A stretch of 51,888 nt of DNA, counting the filler, from an uncultured virus (IMG/VR IMGVR_UViG_2061766007_000155) (Duplodnaviria > Heunggongvirae > Uroviricota > Caudoviricetes). It is 5 parts of one record of this genome, joined end to end, with 100 filler letters (N's around TTAATTAATTAA, not from the genome) between each part and the next. Parts side by side here need not be neighbours in the genome. Positions count along the whole stretch, not along the records: positions 10,260 to 41,201 come from IMGVR_UViG_2061766007_000155; 4 more parts are not named here. One strand, written 5' to 3'. How positions within the stretch are numbered: the stretch's first letter is position 1; each line of letters opens with the position of its first letter. The translations under genes and the position numbers were made by a program. Positions 10,748 through 21,912 of this stretch are shown here, in pieces. The notes beneath the pieces were generated by a model, which saw nothing but the letters and a program-made list of their open reading frames with translations, did not search any database and was not told the DNA's origin.

Positions 10748-11179
10748 ATGGCAAAACCATGCTGTGGCGACCCGGTCCGCATAGACGGGATATACAAACC
10801 GCTTAGCCTTCGCCTTCTCGAGTACGGGAAGGACGCCTACAGGGAGACGACCAGCACCCAGCGGGTCATCATGTGGGTATTCTCCTTCTACGAGGCGAAG
10901 GACGAGTGCCCCGTGTGCAAGCACGGAATCGAGACCATGTACAACTGGTTCAACAAGTACGGCCTGCTGGAGAACCCGGCGAGGGGCGTCCGTATCGTCA
11001 TCGACGACGAGGCCTCCAAGAGCGCCATACTCGACGACATGCACGTGGACTTCGCACCGGTCAACATATTCACGGACGCCGACGGCAAGGTCATAGACAT
11101 GCTGTTCGAGTTTCCCAACGAACCTTGGCTGGACAAGTACATCCTGCCATTCATCCAGAAGGATTCAACACTACTATGA
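10748..11179 (+). CDS. Thioredoxin-fold protein
   Basis: FY....CPVC, FAP.NIFTDADGKVI; extra N-terminal CC. Confidence 0.7.
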   Translation: MAKPCCGDPVRIDGIYKPLSLRLLEYGKDAYRETTSTQRVIMWVFSFYEAKDECPVCKHGIETMYNWFNKYGLLENPARGVRIVIDDEASKSAILDDMHVDFAPVNIFTDADGKVIDMLFEFPNEPWLDKYILPFIQKDSTLL

Positions 11180-12219
11180 GAGAAAAGGTATACATCATCG
11201 GATACACGATGGACGCAATTATGGAGGCGGTAAGCGTCTCCTCGCAGGGTTACGAGGTGGAATTCCTTGCCACGGCCGACGTGGGCAAGCCCCTGGATGA
11301 CTACGGGGACCTCATTTCCGCAAGGTACAAGGAAGTACTCGACGTGCTCCTCCCGGGACTCCTCGAGTACAAGCAGTACGCAAACCCGAGGTTCTTCTAC
11401 ATCCCGTACGACCGAGTGGCAATCAAGAACACCACCAACGGTGTGATACAGTTCCCGCTGTCCAAGAAGTCGTTCTGCGACGACGGGGAATGGAAGGCGT
11501 GCGTCGAGGCATTCGAGAAGCCGGAAATACAGTCCGTGCTGTCCAACAAGGCCAACGCACCGTCCAAGCTAGTCACGGCCATGAAGTCCGGGATGCCGGC
11601 CGCGTTCGCCGAGACGTTCTGCAAGGCGATGCAGACCACGCGCTGGAGGGGGACGCAGCTGTCACACCTTACCATGTTCGGGTTCGACTACGAGTTCCCG
11701 CTTACCGAGCTCGCCAACGATTCCTACAACGAGTACTACTACAGGCCGACCAACCACACCTACCACGAGATTTGCGCCGCGCTCACTAACATCTTCGGTA
11801 TCACGGTCAGGCTCGCCGACCAGGAGACCGCCAAGAAGTACATCACGGACCGCACCGTGGACGGCAAGGTCATCATCATGGACAACCGTGTCGACCAGTA
11901 CCTGGACTACATCGCGGGAAAGTTCGACCGTACCAGGATGTGGTGCGTCCCCGAGAAGCTCCCGCAGGAAATCAGGTACTCCCGGGAAGGGCTCTACTAC
12001 ACCCCGCTCAACTCCTGCTGGGCAGTGTCGTCGTTCGACGGCGAGTGCAAGAAGTTCATGGCGGAGCCGGTCAACACCCTGTACGACGAATTCATTTCCG
12101 AAATACCGTCGACCAAGACCAACATCAAGCTGCACAGCCAGTACTGCGCGCTGGTGGAACGTTACGGCGACAAGAAGCTGGACCTCGGCCAGAGAGTCGA
12201 GACGCTGATAAAGGCATAG
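11176..12219 (+). CDS. Divergent UDP-galactopyranose mutase-like protein
   Basis: Glf-like blocks (QFPLSKKSF, TTRW, YYYRP..TY, VDQYLDYIAGK); FAD GxGxxG replaced by GYTMDA. Confidence 0.5.
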   Translation: MREKVYIIGYTMDAIMEAVSVSSQGYEVEFLATADVGKPLDDYGDLISARYKEVLDVLLPGLLEYKQYANPRFFYIPYDRVAIKNTTNGVIQFPLSKKSFCDDGEWKACVEAFEKPEIQSVLSNKANAPSKLVTAMKSGMPAAFAETFCKAMQTTRWRGTQLSHLTMFGFDYEFPLTELANDSYNEYYYRPTNHTYHEICAALTNIFGITVRLADQETAKKYITDRTVDGKVIIMDNRVDQYLDYIAGKFDRTRMWCVPEKLPQEIRYSREGLYYTPLNSCWAVSSFDGECKKFMAEPVNTLYDEFISEIPSTKTNIKLHSQYCALVERYGDKKLDLGQRVETLIKA

Positions 12220-12220
12220 C

Positions 12221-13472
12221 ATGTTCTACACCGTAATTCCCTGCAGGAGAGGCGAGCACGTCGCGCAGGTCGTCGCGGAGCTGAAGCGCCAGGATACGCG
12301 CATCGTCGTGGTCCGGGACCGATGCTCCGTCGATTGTCCGGGTGCCGACGTCGTCCTCGACAGCAGGGTAGGTGAAGGTTTCATGGCGGGATACTGCCGC
12401 GACATCGGCATAGACTACGCGCTGTCCGAAGGCGCGGACGCCGTGCTGATGGTCGACGAGGACTGCATACCGCAACGGGACATCGTGTCGGCGCACGCCG
12501 CGGCTGTCTCCCGCGGATTCCCGGTGATTTCCATCGGCCGCCGGCTGGAGTCGAGGCTGGGATGGAAGGACCCTAGGGAAGTGGGCGACGCCGGCAACTG
12601 GCACCTGTTCTCCTCACGCGGCAGCATCGTGCAGAACGTCAGCTGGGTAAGGAACTGCCTCGCCACCTGGTCATGCAACCTGTGCATGAATGCGTCGGCC
12701 ATAAGGATAATGCGCAGGGCAATGCGTCGCATTTGCGGAGAGGACAGGGTGTTCCATCCGGCCTTTGACGGCCATTGGGGCGGCGAGGATTCATACCTTG
12801 CCTACTTGGCCTGGGCATTCAGGATAACGATGGCATACCTCCCGATGGGGGCGAACNNNNNNNNNNCACACGCATCGTCGTGGTCCGGGACCGATGCTCC
12901 GTCGAGTGTCCGGGTGCCGACGTCGTCCTCGACAGCAGGGTAGGTGAGGGTTTCATGGCGGGATACTGCCGCGACATCGGCATAGACTACGCGCTGTCNN
13001 NNNNNNNNCCGGCCATAAGGATAATGCGCAGGGCCATGCGCCGGATTTGCGGGAAGGACAGGGTGTTCCATCCGGCCTTTGACGGTCACTGGGGTGGCGA
13101 GGATTCATACCTTGCCTACCTGGCCTGGGCATTCAGGATAACGATGGCATACCTCCCGATGGGGGCGAACNNNNNNNNNNCAGGATAATGCGAAGGGCCA
13201 TGCGCCGGATTTGCGGGGAGGACAGGGTGTTCCATCCGGCCTTTGACGGCCATTGGGGTGGCGAGGATTCATACCTTGCCTACTTGGCATGGGCATACAG
13301 GATAACGATGGCATACCTCCCGATGGGGGCGAACGCGGTAAAGCACATGGACCATCCCAGGCCCGAGCCCGAATACGGAAAGGGCTTCAAGGAAACCCTC
13401 GAAGCCCAGGTTGATAATCTCAGGAAATATACCGTGGCCAACCCGGTCACGCTTGACGACATAACGGACTAG
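12221..13472 (+). CDS. Glycosyltransferase family 2 (single gene shown as overlapping alleles)
   Basis: TVIP, VVVRDRC, R..G, VDED (DxD), WSCN, FDGHWGGED. Confidence 0.85.
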
Positions 13473-14611
13473 CTCCTGCGCTGTCCGTGCATGTTGTACT
13501 TGAACTGGCCGCGGAGCTCCTTTGCCGCGGCTCCGTTGTTTATGTACTTCTGGTACATCTTCGGCTGGTACGCCTCGAAGGTCGCGTTGTTGTAGGCGGC
13601 CTGCCACGTGCCGTGGTCCACCTCGTAGAAGCCGATGTTGTAGTCGCCGTAAGGGCACCAGTCGACATTGGTCAGGGTGGTCTGGCAGCCGGTGTTCTCG
13701 TACTCGGCCGACTTGCTCGGGTCGATGCCGCGTGTGGTGTTGTCGCGGAGGTAGCGCATCTGGTCCTTGAAGGTGCCCTGGTACGCGTTCGGGTACTTCA
13801 GCTGCACCTGGAAGGTGTACGGGGACGAGCTCTCGTAGTTGACGTTGATTGTCGGGGCCTGCAGGGTGATGCAGGAGTTGAACTCGAACATCTGGCCGAT
13901 TACGAGGTCGGTCATGCAGGGGTTCTTCTCGCGCTCCTCTATCGACTTGCGGGAGTTGCCCTCGGTGAGGCCCTCGGTCAGCAGCTCGACCATCACGTTG
14001 ATTTTCTGGAGGGTGCTTCTCGGCTTGAAAAGCAGCGGGGAGAACTGCACGTTGAACAGTGCGTTGAAGAAGTTGTACCACATGAGGTACGGGTCGTCGG
14101 TGACCTCTATGTTCATCGTGTTGTCGCAGTTGATGCCGGTGACGACGGGGTAGTGAATCTGCTTGGTCGTGTCCATCATCGCCTTGGAGACGGTGGCCGT
14201 CGGGGTCGCGATGTTGACGGACTTGGCCGCCCAGAACATGTTCAGCACGCCGCTCTTCGGCTCGTAGCACATCTCTAGCCACTTGTCGAAGAGGCTCTTG
14301 CGGAAGTTGTCGTTTGTTCCCGGGAAGGGCTTCTTCCTTCCAAGGTCGTACTTGTCGGCGAAGGAGTTCTGGTCCATCACGCGGAGCGCCTCGTCCACGT
14401 AGGGGCCGTAGAAGCCGACGTGGTACTTGTTCACCACGTGCCCGCGGGCAAGCTGGTAGAACTTCGGCATGTAGTAGTCGAGAATTCCCAGGTGCGCGTT
14501 CGCGGCCGCCTGGGCGTCCTTGTATCCGCTGCCCATCATGTTGACGGCCTGTGCGCCGGAGCGCCAGTCGCCGGCAATTCGGACACCCTTCTCTACTTCT
14601 ACCTTTGCCAT
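13469..14611 (-). CDS. Tail-tube-fold baseplate protein (gp54-like)
   Basis: KSVNIATP...MNIEVTDD..LMWYNFF...Y.FQVQLKY tube-protein pattern; adjacent to gp3-like gene. Confidence 0.5.
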   Translation of the reverse strand: MAKVEVEKGVRIAGDWRSGAQAVNMMGSGYKDAQAAANAHLGILDYYMPKFYQLARGHVVNKYHVGFYGPYVDEALRVMDQNSFADKYDLGRKKPFPGTNDNFRKSLFDKWLEMCYEPKSGVLNMFWAAKSVNIATPTATVSKAMMDTTKQIHYPVVTGINCDNTMNIEVTDDPYLMWYNFFNALFNVQFSPLLFKPRSTLQKINVMVELLTEGLTEGNSRKSIEEREKNPCMTDLVIGQMFEFNSCITLQAPTINVNYESSSPYTFQVQLKYPNAYQGTFKDQMRYLRDNTTRGIDPSKSAEYENTGCQTTLTNVDWCPYGDYNIGFYEVDHGTWQAAYNNATFEAYQPKMYQKYINNGAAAKELRGQFKYNMHGQRRS

Positions 14612-14620
14612 TCGGTTACC

Positions 14621-15473
14621 TTAAGTGTTTGTGTTGTCGTAAGCGTTCGAGCTCGTGCTCACGCATATTGCGCTCATGTAGCTGTTCGGGTCAGGAAGGC
14701 GGATGATGTCCTTCAGCTCGTACAGCACGCTGATGTTGAAGGGCACCGGGTCGACCGAGCCCGGGTTCGGCTGCAGGTCCGACAGGTTCGTAATCCTGCA
14801 GCGCTTGAACCGCACAATCATCCTCTCCTGCGAGTTGTCGTCCGCGCAGTGGATGTCGATGTACGGGATGAAGGTGAGCCTGTTGCGGTACCTTCCATCC
14901 AAGCCAAATACACGGTGGTTCATGTCGAGAACCGGGAATCCCCCGGTGATGCCGCTCATCACCGTGTCCATGTACCTGTGNNNNNNNNNNACAGTGGATG
15001 TCGATGTACGGGATGAACGTTAGCCTGTTGCGGTAGCGTCCGTCGAGGCCGAACACGCGGTGGTTCATGTCCAGCACCGGGAATCCCCCGGTGATGCCGC
15101 TCATCACCGTGTCCATGTACCTGTGGAGTCCCCACCAGTTCTCGTATCCCTGGTCGGCGAGCATCGTTATGGTCAACGCGCCGTCGTACTGGTTGTCTTC
15201 CTGGGTAGGAATCCTGGTACGGAACTTGTAGTGGTATTCGAACTCGAACGACTCGGTGAGGCCGTTGCAGATGTACGTCTTGATTAAGGCGTTAATCATC
15301 TCCGGTACCGGGGCGGTGTGCGGCTTCGGCGTGTCCACGGCGTCTCCCGCCTCGTCGTGCCACGACACCGGGAGAGGGCCGACGGTACAGCGCCAGAAGC
15401 CCTGGTGCACCGGCACCGGGGCCTTGCGCATTATACGCACGGTTTCCCTTGTCGTGGGACGGAGGTTAGCCAT
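14621..15473 (-). CDS. Tail tube terminator (gp3-like)
   Basis: YDGALTITMLADQGYENWW.LHRYM...VRFKRCRITNLSDL...FNISVLY; gap with duplicated flanks. Confidence 0.65.
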
Positions 15474-15476
15474 CGG

Positions 15477-16421
15477 CTACCCCTTGAACCCGTCGATAGG
15501 CTTGAAGACCTTCTTGCCTTCCTTCATCGCGGATTTCGGGCTCACGATGCCGGTGTGGTCTCCCTTGCCCGGCTTGGCTGCGTTGGACTGCACCTCTACG
15601 TTGTTCGGCGTGGCCTTGAGCTTGCCGTCGAACGTCTTGACCGTGGTGACCGTGCCGCTCACGTCGTTAACCTTCGGCTTTGATACGTTGAAGATTCCCG
15701 GGAGCTTCTGCTTGCCCATGGCGGCCTTCGGCTTGACGATGCCGGTGTGGTCGCCCTTGCCCGGCTTCGCGGCCTCGGACTTCACCACGACGTTGTTCGG
15801 TGTGGCCTGGAGCTTGCCGTCGAATGTCTTGACGGTGGTCACGGTGCCGCTCACGTCGTTCACCTTCTTGCTGGTGTCGATGAGGTCAGGAATCCTCTGC
15901 TTGCCCATTGCTTCCTTCGGCTTCACGATGCCGACGAGCTTGCCCTTGTCCGGGCTTGCTGCCTTGGATGCGGTCACGAACTCGGCGACCCCGAGCTGTT
16001 CGGTCTTGCTGGAGACCTTGCCGCTCATTTCCTTGGTGGCGACCCTCTTGAGGGCCTTCACCGAGCCGACGAGCTTCTTCGGGTCCGGCTTCTGTGCGAA
16101 GGAGTCGAGCACGACGCTGCCGAAGTTGTCCACCTCGGTGACGGGCTTGGCGTTCTTCTTGTCGCGTGCGCGCTTGCCGGCCAGGAAGTCTTCCCAGACC
16201 TTGTCCATGCGGACCTCGCCGGGGTTGAAGTCAACCTTCGGCTTCACGACGCCAGTCTTGTCGCCGAGCTTTACTGCGGACTGGGGGCCCTTCGGCGACC
16301 AGAACTGGAAGTAGGTATCCGACTCGAGGTCGGCAGACTTACCCTTTTCCTTGTTCTTGGCTTCCATGATGATGTTACCGAGTTCGGCTTCGGTAGGCAA
16401 ATCGTACATGTCGATACTCAT
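15477..16421 (-). CDS. Lys-rich repeat protein, putative internal head protein
   Basis: Late promoter upstream, IIME-A motif, internal repeats; allele at 16504-16689. Confidence 0.7.
   Translation of the reverse strand: MSIDMYDLPTEAELGNIIMEAKNKEKGKSADLESDTYFQFWSPKGPQSAVKLGDKTGVVKPKVDFNPGEVRMDKVWEDFLAGKRARDKKNAKPVTEVDNFGSVVLDSFAQKPDPKKLVGSVKALKRVATKEMSGKVSSKTEQLGVAEFVTASKAASPDKGKLVGIVKPKEAMGKQRIPDLIDTSKKVNDVSGTVTTVKTFDGKLQATPNNVVVKSEAAKPGKGDHTGIVKPKAAMGKQKLPGIFNVSKPKVNDVSGTVTTVKTFDGKLKATPNNVEVQSNAAKPGKGDHTGIVSPKSAMKEGKKVFKPIDGFKG
15525..15962 (-). repeat. About 2.3 copies of a 63-64 aa coding repeat
   Basis: GIV(K/S)PK at aa 164, 227, 291; KVNDVSGTVTTVKTFDGKL.ATPNNV twice. Confidence 0.9.
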
Positions 16422-16452
16422 AGGTGGATATCCTTAAAATGCATTTGCAAGT

Positions 16453-16492
16453 AGTTTATATGGGGGCCGCCCGGGAGTTCCCGGTATAAACT
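16453..16492. promoter_or_regulatory. Back-to-back divergent TATAAACT late promoters
   Basis: AGTTTATA-24 bp-TATAAACT; same arrangement in allele 16721-16760 with a diverged spacer. Confidence 0.75.
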
Positions 16493-17180
16493 TNNNNNNN
16501 NNNGACCTTAGGCTTCACGACGCCGGTCTTGTCGCCGAGTTTCACGGCTGACTGCGGGCCCTTCGGGGTCCAGAACTGGAAGTAGGTATCCGACTCGAGG
16601 TCGGCGGACTTACCCTTCGCTTTCTTCTGGGCCTCCATGATGATGTTACCGAGCTCGGCTTCGGTAGGCAAATCGTACATGTCAATCATAGGTGGATATC
16701 CTTAAAATGCATTTGCAAGTAGTTTATATGGTCGCGGTAGGGGACTTTCCGGTATAAACTTGGGATTAGCGAAGGTAATCCAGATGAAAGCTCGTAAAAT
16801 TGCAGGCATCCGTCTTATCAACTACATCAACGACGGCATTACGTGGAAGAGNNNNNNNNNNTCAGAACGACACCGACAAGGCGTGGCTGGACTTCGTCAA
16901 CGGCACACTGAACCTTTTCTACAGGACGGACAACCCGAAGGCCGAGGACGATGACTGCTGGTACATCGACATGATGCANNNNNNNNNNTGGATTAACGCA
17001 GGTAATCAGATGAAAGCTCGTAAAATCGCAGGCATCCGTCTTATCAACTACATCAACGACGGCATTACGTGGAAGAGTCACAAGGACATCATCCTCGATT
17101 TCTGGATTATGAAGAAGTGCCAGGATTACGGCTACACACCTTACCAGTTNNNNNNNNNNAGGTTTAGCAAAGGTAATCCG

Positions 17181-17803
17181 ATGAAAGCACGCAAAATCGC
17201 AGGCATCCGTCTAATCAACTACATCAACGACGGCATTACGTGGAAGAGTCATAAGGACATCATCCTCGACTTTTGGATTATGAAGAAGTGCCAGGATTAC
17301 GGCTACACCCCTTACCAGTTCCGCAACATGTTCCGCGTTGTCGAGCTTCCCACGGAAGCCCAGGAGAAGTACCAGGAGTGGTTCGAGAAGTACGACTTCC
17401 AGAACGACACCGACAAGGCGTGGCTTGATTTCGTCAACGGTACTTTGAACCTGTTCTACAGGACTGACAACCCGAAGGCCGAGGACGATGACTGCTGGTA
17501 CATCGACATGATGCAGTCCGAGGTCGAAGCACGCCAGATAGTCACCGAGCAGGTGTACCACGGCTCGCCGAACCTCAACGCGTTCTGGAAGATTTCTACC
17601 GACTCGAAGCCGGAAGAAGTCGGTGGCCGTCGTAACGGATACATCTACGTTTCCAAGCTCGGCGAGGTCACTCCCAAGGATACCGACGGTTACTACTGGG
17701 GCGTCGTGTTCCAGTGTCCGGAAACTGTAAGTCTTGGCTTCAACGACAACGGCGTTAACCGCCGGAAATGCATCGCGTGGGCGGCAAATGCCGAGCACAT
17801 GAC
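17181..17803 (+). CDS. Hypothetical late protein (MKARKIAGIRL...), N-terminal part
   Basis: Three allelic starts (16784, 17010, 17181) with synonymous differences; continues at 20131. Confidence 0.75.
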
Positions 17804-17910
17804 NNNNNNNNNNGGTCACTCCCAAGGATACCGACGGCTACTACTGGGGTGTCGTGTTCCAGTGTCCGGAAACTGTAAGTCTTGGCTTCAACGACAACGG
17901 NNNNNNNNNN

Positions 17911-18000
17911 GCAGTCGTTGTAATAGTTCTTGCGGCGCTTGCGCGGGGCGGCCCCGGTTGCCTCCAGGCCGGCATCCGATTTTCTCTTCCGTCTAGCCAT
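17911..18000 (-). CDS. Probable N-terminus of the gp4-like nuclease (MARRKRKS...NYYNDC)
   Basis: Basic N-terminus following the gene downstream of gp5; inferred from reconstructed gene order. Confidence 0.45.
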
Positions 18001-18002
18001 GC

Positions 18003-19994
18003 CTATACCGCCGTCGCGTACATCCTGGCGTAGTAGGCCGCGAGGCTCTCGCCATCGCCCTGCTTCTCCCAGGAAATGTTCTGTATCTTGTCCACGCGCT
18101 TCCCGTCGTAGTCGGAATCGACCCAGTAGTTGACCTCGCGGTCCTCCGGCCCTACGCCCGACGGCTCCCTTCTCGTCACTGCGGGGAAGTTCGTCTCATA
18201 CCCTCCGCCGAAGTCGGCCTTCAGCCCGCCGGCGCTGTCCCGGACTTCCCGGAGCTTCGCCACGGTGCTGTTGCTGAGCTCGTACATGCCCGCGAAACGG
18301 AGGTACTGGTACCACTTCTCGACAAAGTAGGTGTCCTCCTCGCAACCCTGCGCGATGGACACGCCGACTGCACGNNNNNNNNNNGAAGTAGGTGTCCTCC
18401 TCGCAACCCTGCGCGATGGACACGCCGACGGCACGGATGAGCTCGTCCTCCTGCGTGGAAATCGGTTCCGAGCCGACGTTGATGTCGTTCTCCCGGTCGG
18501 GGGAATCGTAGAACTGCGCGGCCATCTTCACGGAGTCGCCCGTAGTCGGGCTATCCTCGTATTCCTCGGTCCTGTAGTCGTCNNNNNNNNNNCTTGGTGT
18601 CGTACGCGATTTTCCCGGTGGCCTCCACGCCGTACGTCACCTTGGCGAACGCCAGGCCGTTCTTGGCGCGGCTGTTTATTGAGCGGAGCCTGTCCAGCAG
18701 GTCTCCCCAGAGCGAACCCATCTCCTTGAGCGAGATGTCCTGCTCGTAGGCCGCGTCGGCCCTCATGCAGCAAACGTAGATGTCCGCCTCGAACTCGCGG
18801 TTCCAGTAGTCGCCGGTAAGCCTGAAGTCCTCGTTGAACTTCTTGACCTTGTTCTTGATTCGCTCCGACAGCGCGAGGCACGGGTACTCGAGGCACCCAA
18901 TCCACTGCTTCATGCTGTCCATTATGTTGAGGATGCTCATCGTGTAGACCGTCTTGCCGTTGTTGACCTTCTTGTTGTACACGAGAAGGCAGTCAAGGTG
19001 GGAAACCTTGAGTGGCTTGATGAGGAACGTTACGTCCCACTGCTTGCGCAGGAAGTCGGCGTATGCCTTTATCAGCATCCGCAGCGGCTTGATGAACAGG
19101 GTGAACAGGCTGATTATCCCGAGGTCTATCGCGTCGAACATGAGCAGCAGGTACTGCTTGATATAGTCGTTCATTATGGTGGAAAGGCCGACTGCCAGGT
19201 TTGCGCCGTCGAGGAACCAGAACTTCTCGCGTATGCAGTTCAGCACCTTGTCCGGCTCGTTGGAAATGTTGTTCCCGTCGGAGTCGGTGTCGCAGCAGGT
19301 GACGAATGCTAGGAACCGGCAGATGCACGGGCACGCGTTGAGGAACGCCTCGAGGCTGTCCCAGTCGAAACCGAGTCCGATGTTGAGCAGGCCGGTTAGG
19401 TACTTCTCGAGCATGTTGTACACGTCGAGGATGCAATTCATCACGGCACCGTTGAGGGCCTGCAGGGCTGCCTGCATGCGCTCCCTTGCTGCGTCAATCT
19501 TGCCGAAAAGTGCGAACGCCGCCTTGGTCAGCACCTCCAGCCAGGCGGTCACGTTGCCGAAGAGAGTAACCACTACGTTGCAGATGGACTTGGTGATGTC
19601 GGCGTTCTGGACGAAGTCCGAGATGCCGATTCCGGTAGAAATGGAGTTGAGCTTGTTGACGACATTGTCTATGCCGTTGCCGACAGCCTTGAGCTGCGGG
19701 CACACGCTGTACAGCCACTCCAGCAGGTGGTCGGAGCAGTCGTAGTCGTAGAGCTCGGAGGCCTTCGCGGAAACGTACCCGGCGGCGTTCATCACGGCGT
19801 CGAGGAAATCCCCCTCGCTCCCCCCGCACTCGCTGGAGCGGGTTACCTGCTTCCCGCCTTCACCGGCGTAAGAGGCCCCGTCAATGACTTCTTCGCATGT
19901 CTTCACTGCCATNNNNNNNNNNTGTTACCTGCTTCCCGCCTTCGCCGGCGTAAGAGGCCCCGTCAATGACTTCTTCGCATGTCTTCACTGCCAT
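18003..19994 (-). CDS. Large Cys-rich helical protein downstream of gp5 (split by gaps)
   Basis: ATG 19994 directly after the gp5 stop; CPCIC, TCC, VCC; pieces read through to ...YATAV*. Confidence 0.7.
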
Positions 19995-19995
19995 A

Positions 19996-20120
19996 TCAGT
20001 ATACCCCCTCGAATGCGGACAGGTTCATGTATGCAAGGTTCCTGGTGTCGAGCGGGTTCATCGACTTGAACGCGACCACCTCGATTTCGTCGAGGCTGCC
20101 CGCCTTCTTGACGTGGTTGA
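19996..20120 (-). CDS. gp5-like spike, C-terminus (NHVKKAGSLDEIEVVAFKSMNPLDTRNLAYMNLSAFEGVY*)
   Basis: Reverse complement overlaps 10131-10159 exactly. Confidence 0.75.
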
Positions 20121-20130
20121 NNNNNNNNNN

Positions 20131-20812
20131 TAAGCCGGAAGAAGTCGGTGGCCGTCGTAACGGGTACATCTACGTCTCCAAGCTCGGCGAAGTCACTCCC
20201 AAGGATACCGACGGTTACTACTGGGGCGTCGTGTTTCAGTGTCCGGAAACTGTAAGTCTTGGCTTCAACGACAACGGTGTTAACCGCCGGAAATGCATCG
20301 CGTGGGCGGCAAATGCCGAGCACATGACGCTGGTCCGCATCGGTGCCGACGGACGTTTCACCATCGTTCCGGTATTCGTGGAAGGGAAGGCATGGAAGGC
20401 TGACCGCTGGATTCCTGAAGGACAGGTCAACCAGCTGCCCATGTCGTCGACAGCCCTGCTCAGGTACATTACCGACAAGTACGCCTCGCTCTACGGCGTA
20501 TGGGACCGCATCGACGAGAAGGTCAAGAACATCCGTGAACAGTCCACCGCAAGGCTTACCGCTTTGAACACATTGAACGACGAAGAAATCAAGGTCGGCC
20601 GTGTCATCGGCGACCTGGACAAGTTCGTCCGCGAGGGTAACGTGTCCGACGCCAAGCGCGAGTACAACAAGGAAGTCCGCAAGGCCGTCCTGAAGAAGCT
20701 GCGCGTCAGGGAGAAGGAGGCACGCAAGGTCGCCAACGACGTTGCCAAGGCCGAACGGAGAAAGGACAAGAGGGAACGTTCGAAACTGAACGTCACCATC
20801 AATCCCAACTAA
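20131..20812 (+). CDS. Hypothetical late protein, C-terminal part with Lys/Arg-rich helix
   Basis: Overlaps 17607-17803 allele. Confidence 0.75.
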
Positions 20813-20814
20813 AA

Positions 20815-20843
20815 GAAAAGCCGGCATCAAAGCCGGCTATTTT
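20815..20843. terminator. Bidirectional intrinsic terminator
   Basis: A-run, AGCCGGC-atcaaa-GCCGGCT, ATTTT between convergent genes. Confidence 0.75.
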
Positions 20844-21043
20844 CAATCGTACGGATAGGTCTGCACTTCGCTTATCGTGAGGTTCAGCCCGATGGACTTG
20901 TATGTCTCCGCCATCTGCTTCACATAGCCCTCCGCCTGTGTCAGCGACTCGCAGTCAGCTATAGGCGTTACGTTGTCCATACCGGTTCCCATGACGACAA
21001 ACCGAGTGCTGTCGTCCCGTCTTGTTTCTCTGCTATTGCACAT
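20843..21043 (-). CDS. Small hypothetical protein
   Basis: 66-aa ORF between acidic-protein gene and terminator. Confidence 0.5.
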   Translation of the reverse strand: MCNSRETRRDDSTRFVVMGTGMDNVTPIADCESLTQAEGYVKQMAETYKSIGLNLTISEVQTYPYD

Positions 21044-21058
21044 TCATGTACCTGTAAG

Positions 21059-21766
21059 TTAAATCCCGAGGTCGAATTCGCCATCCGGCATGCTGTCATC
21101 GCCGCCTTCTTCGCCCAGGCCAGTATCCCCCGTATCTTCCGTGGAGCCCTCCGGTGCGAGCGTGTCGTCGCCCTCGTCCGGAATCTCGTCGTCGAGGCCG
21201 TCCAGGCCGANNNNNNNNNNGTCGAGGTCGAAGTCGCCATCCGGCATGCTGTCAGCGCCGCCTTCTTCGCCAAGGCCAGTATCCCCCGTATCTTCCGTGG
21301 AGTCCTCCGGTGCGGACGTGTCGTCGCCCTCGTCCGGAATCTCGTCGTCGAGGCCGTCCAGGCCGAGGTCGCCGGATGACCCGGTGTCGTCGCCGAAGAG
21401 GTCGAGGCCGTCGTCCGCGGGACCCTCGTCGCCGATGCCGAAGTCGTCCTCGGTCGGGGCGGATTCCTGGGAGATTGCGGTTCCGAAGTCGTCGAAGTTG
21501 CCCGCCTCGATGCCGTCGTCGATTGCCTGGTCCATGTCCGCGTTGGGCACGGGGGAGTCGTCGAAGCCTGCCGCGTTGCTAAGGCCGAACACGCCGTCGC
21601 CTTCGGTCTCGAGGGTGTTGTCGCCGACCTGGCTCTTCAGGTTGTCGAGCGCGGCGATGGTGCCGGCACCCTCGAAAATCTTGTGGTACAGCCCTTCCAC
21701 CCTGGCCTGGAGGATTGGGTCGTACTGGGTGAGCTGCTTGGCGAAACGTAGAATTGCGTTGTTCAT
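21059..21766 (-). CDS. Highly acidic Asp/Gly-rich protein, putative head core/internal protein
   Basis: CATAAACT at 21789-21796, GAGG RBS, KIFE-G motif; C-terminus duplicated across a gap. Confidence 0.7.
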   Translation of the reverse strand: MNNAILRFAKQLTQYDPILQARVEGLYHKIFEGAGTIAALDNLKSQVGDNTLETEGDGVFGLSNAAGFDDSPVPNADMDQAIDDGIEAGNFDDFGTAISQESAPTEDDFGIGDEGPADDGLDLFGDDTGSSGDLGLDGLDDEIPDEGDDTSAPEDSTEDTGDTGLGEEGGADSMPDGDFDLDXXXXGLDGLDDEIPDEGDDTLAPEGSTEDTGDTGLGEEGGDDSMPDGEFDLGI

Positions 21767-21912
21767 ACTGGTAAACCTCGTTTGCCGTAGTTTATGATTT
21801 TTNNNNNNNNNNNNNNNNNNNNNNNNNNNNNNNNNNNNNNNNNNNNNNNNNNNNNNNNNNNNNNNNNNNNNNNNNNNNNNNNNNNNNNNNNNNNNNNNNN
21901 NNNNNNNNNNNN

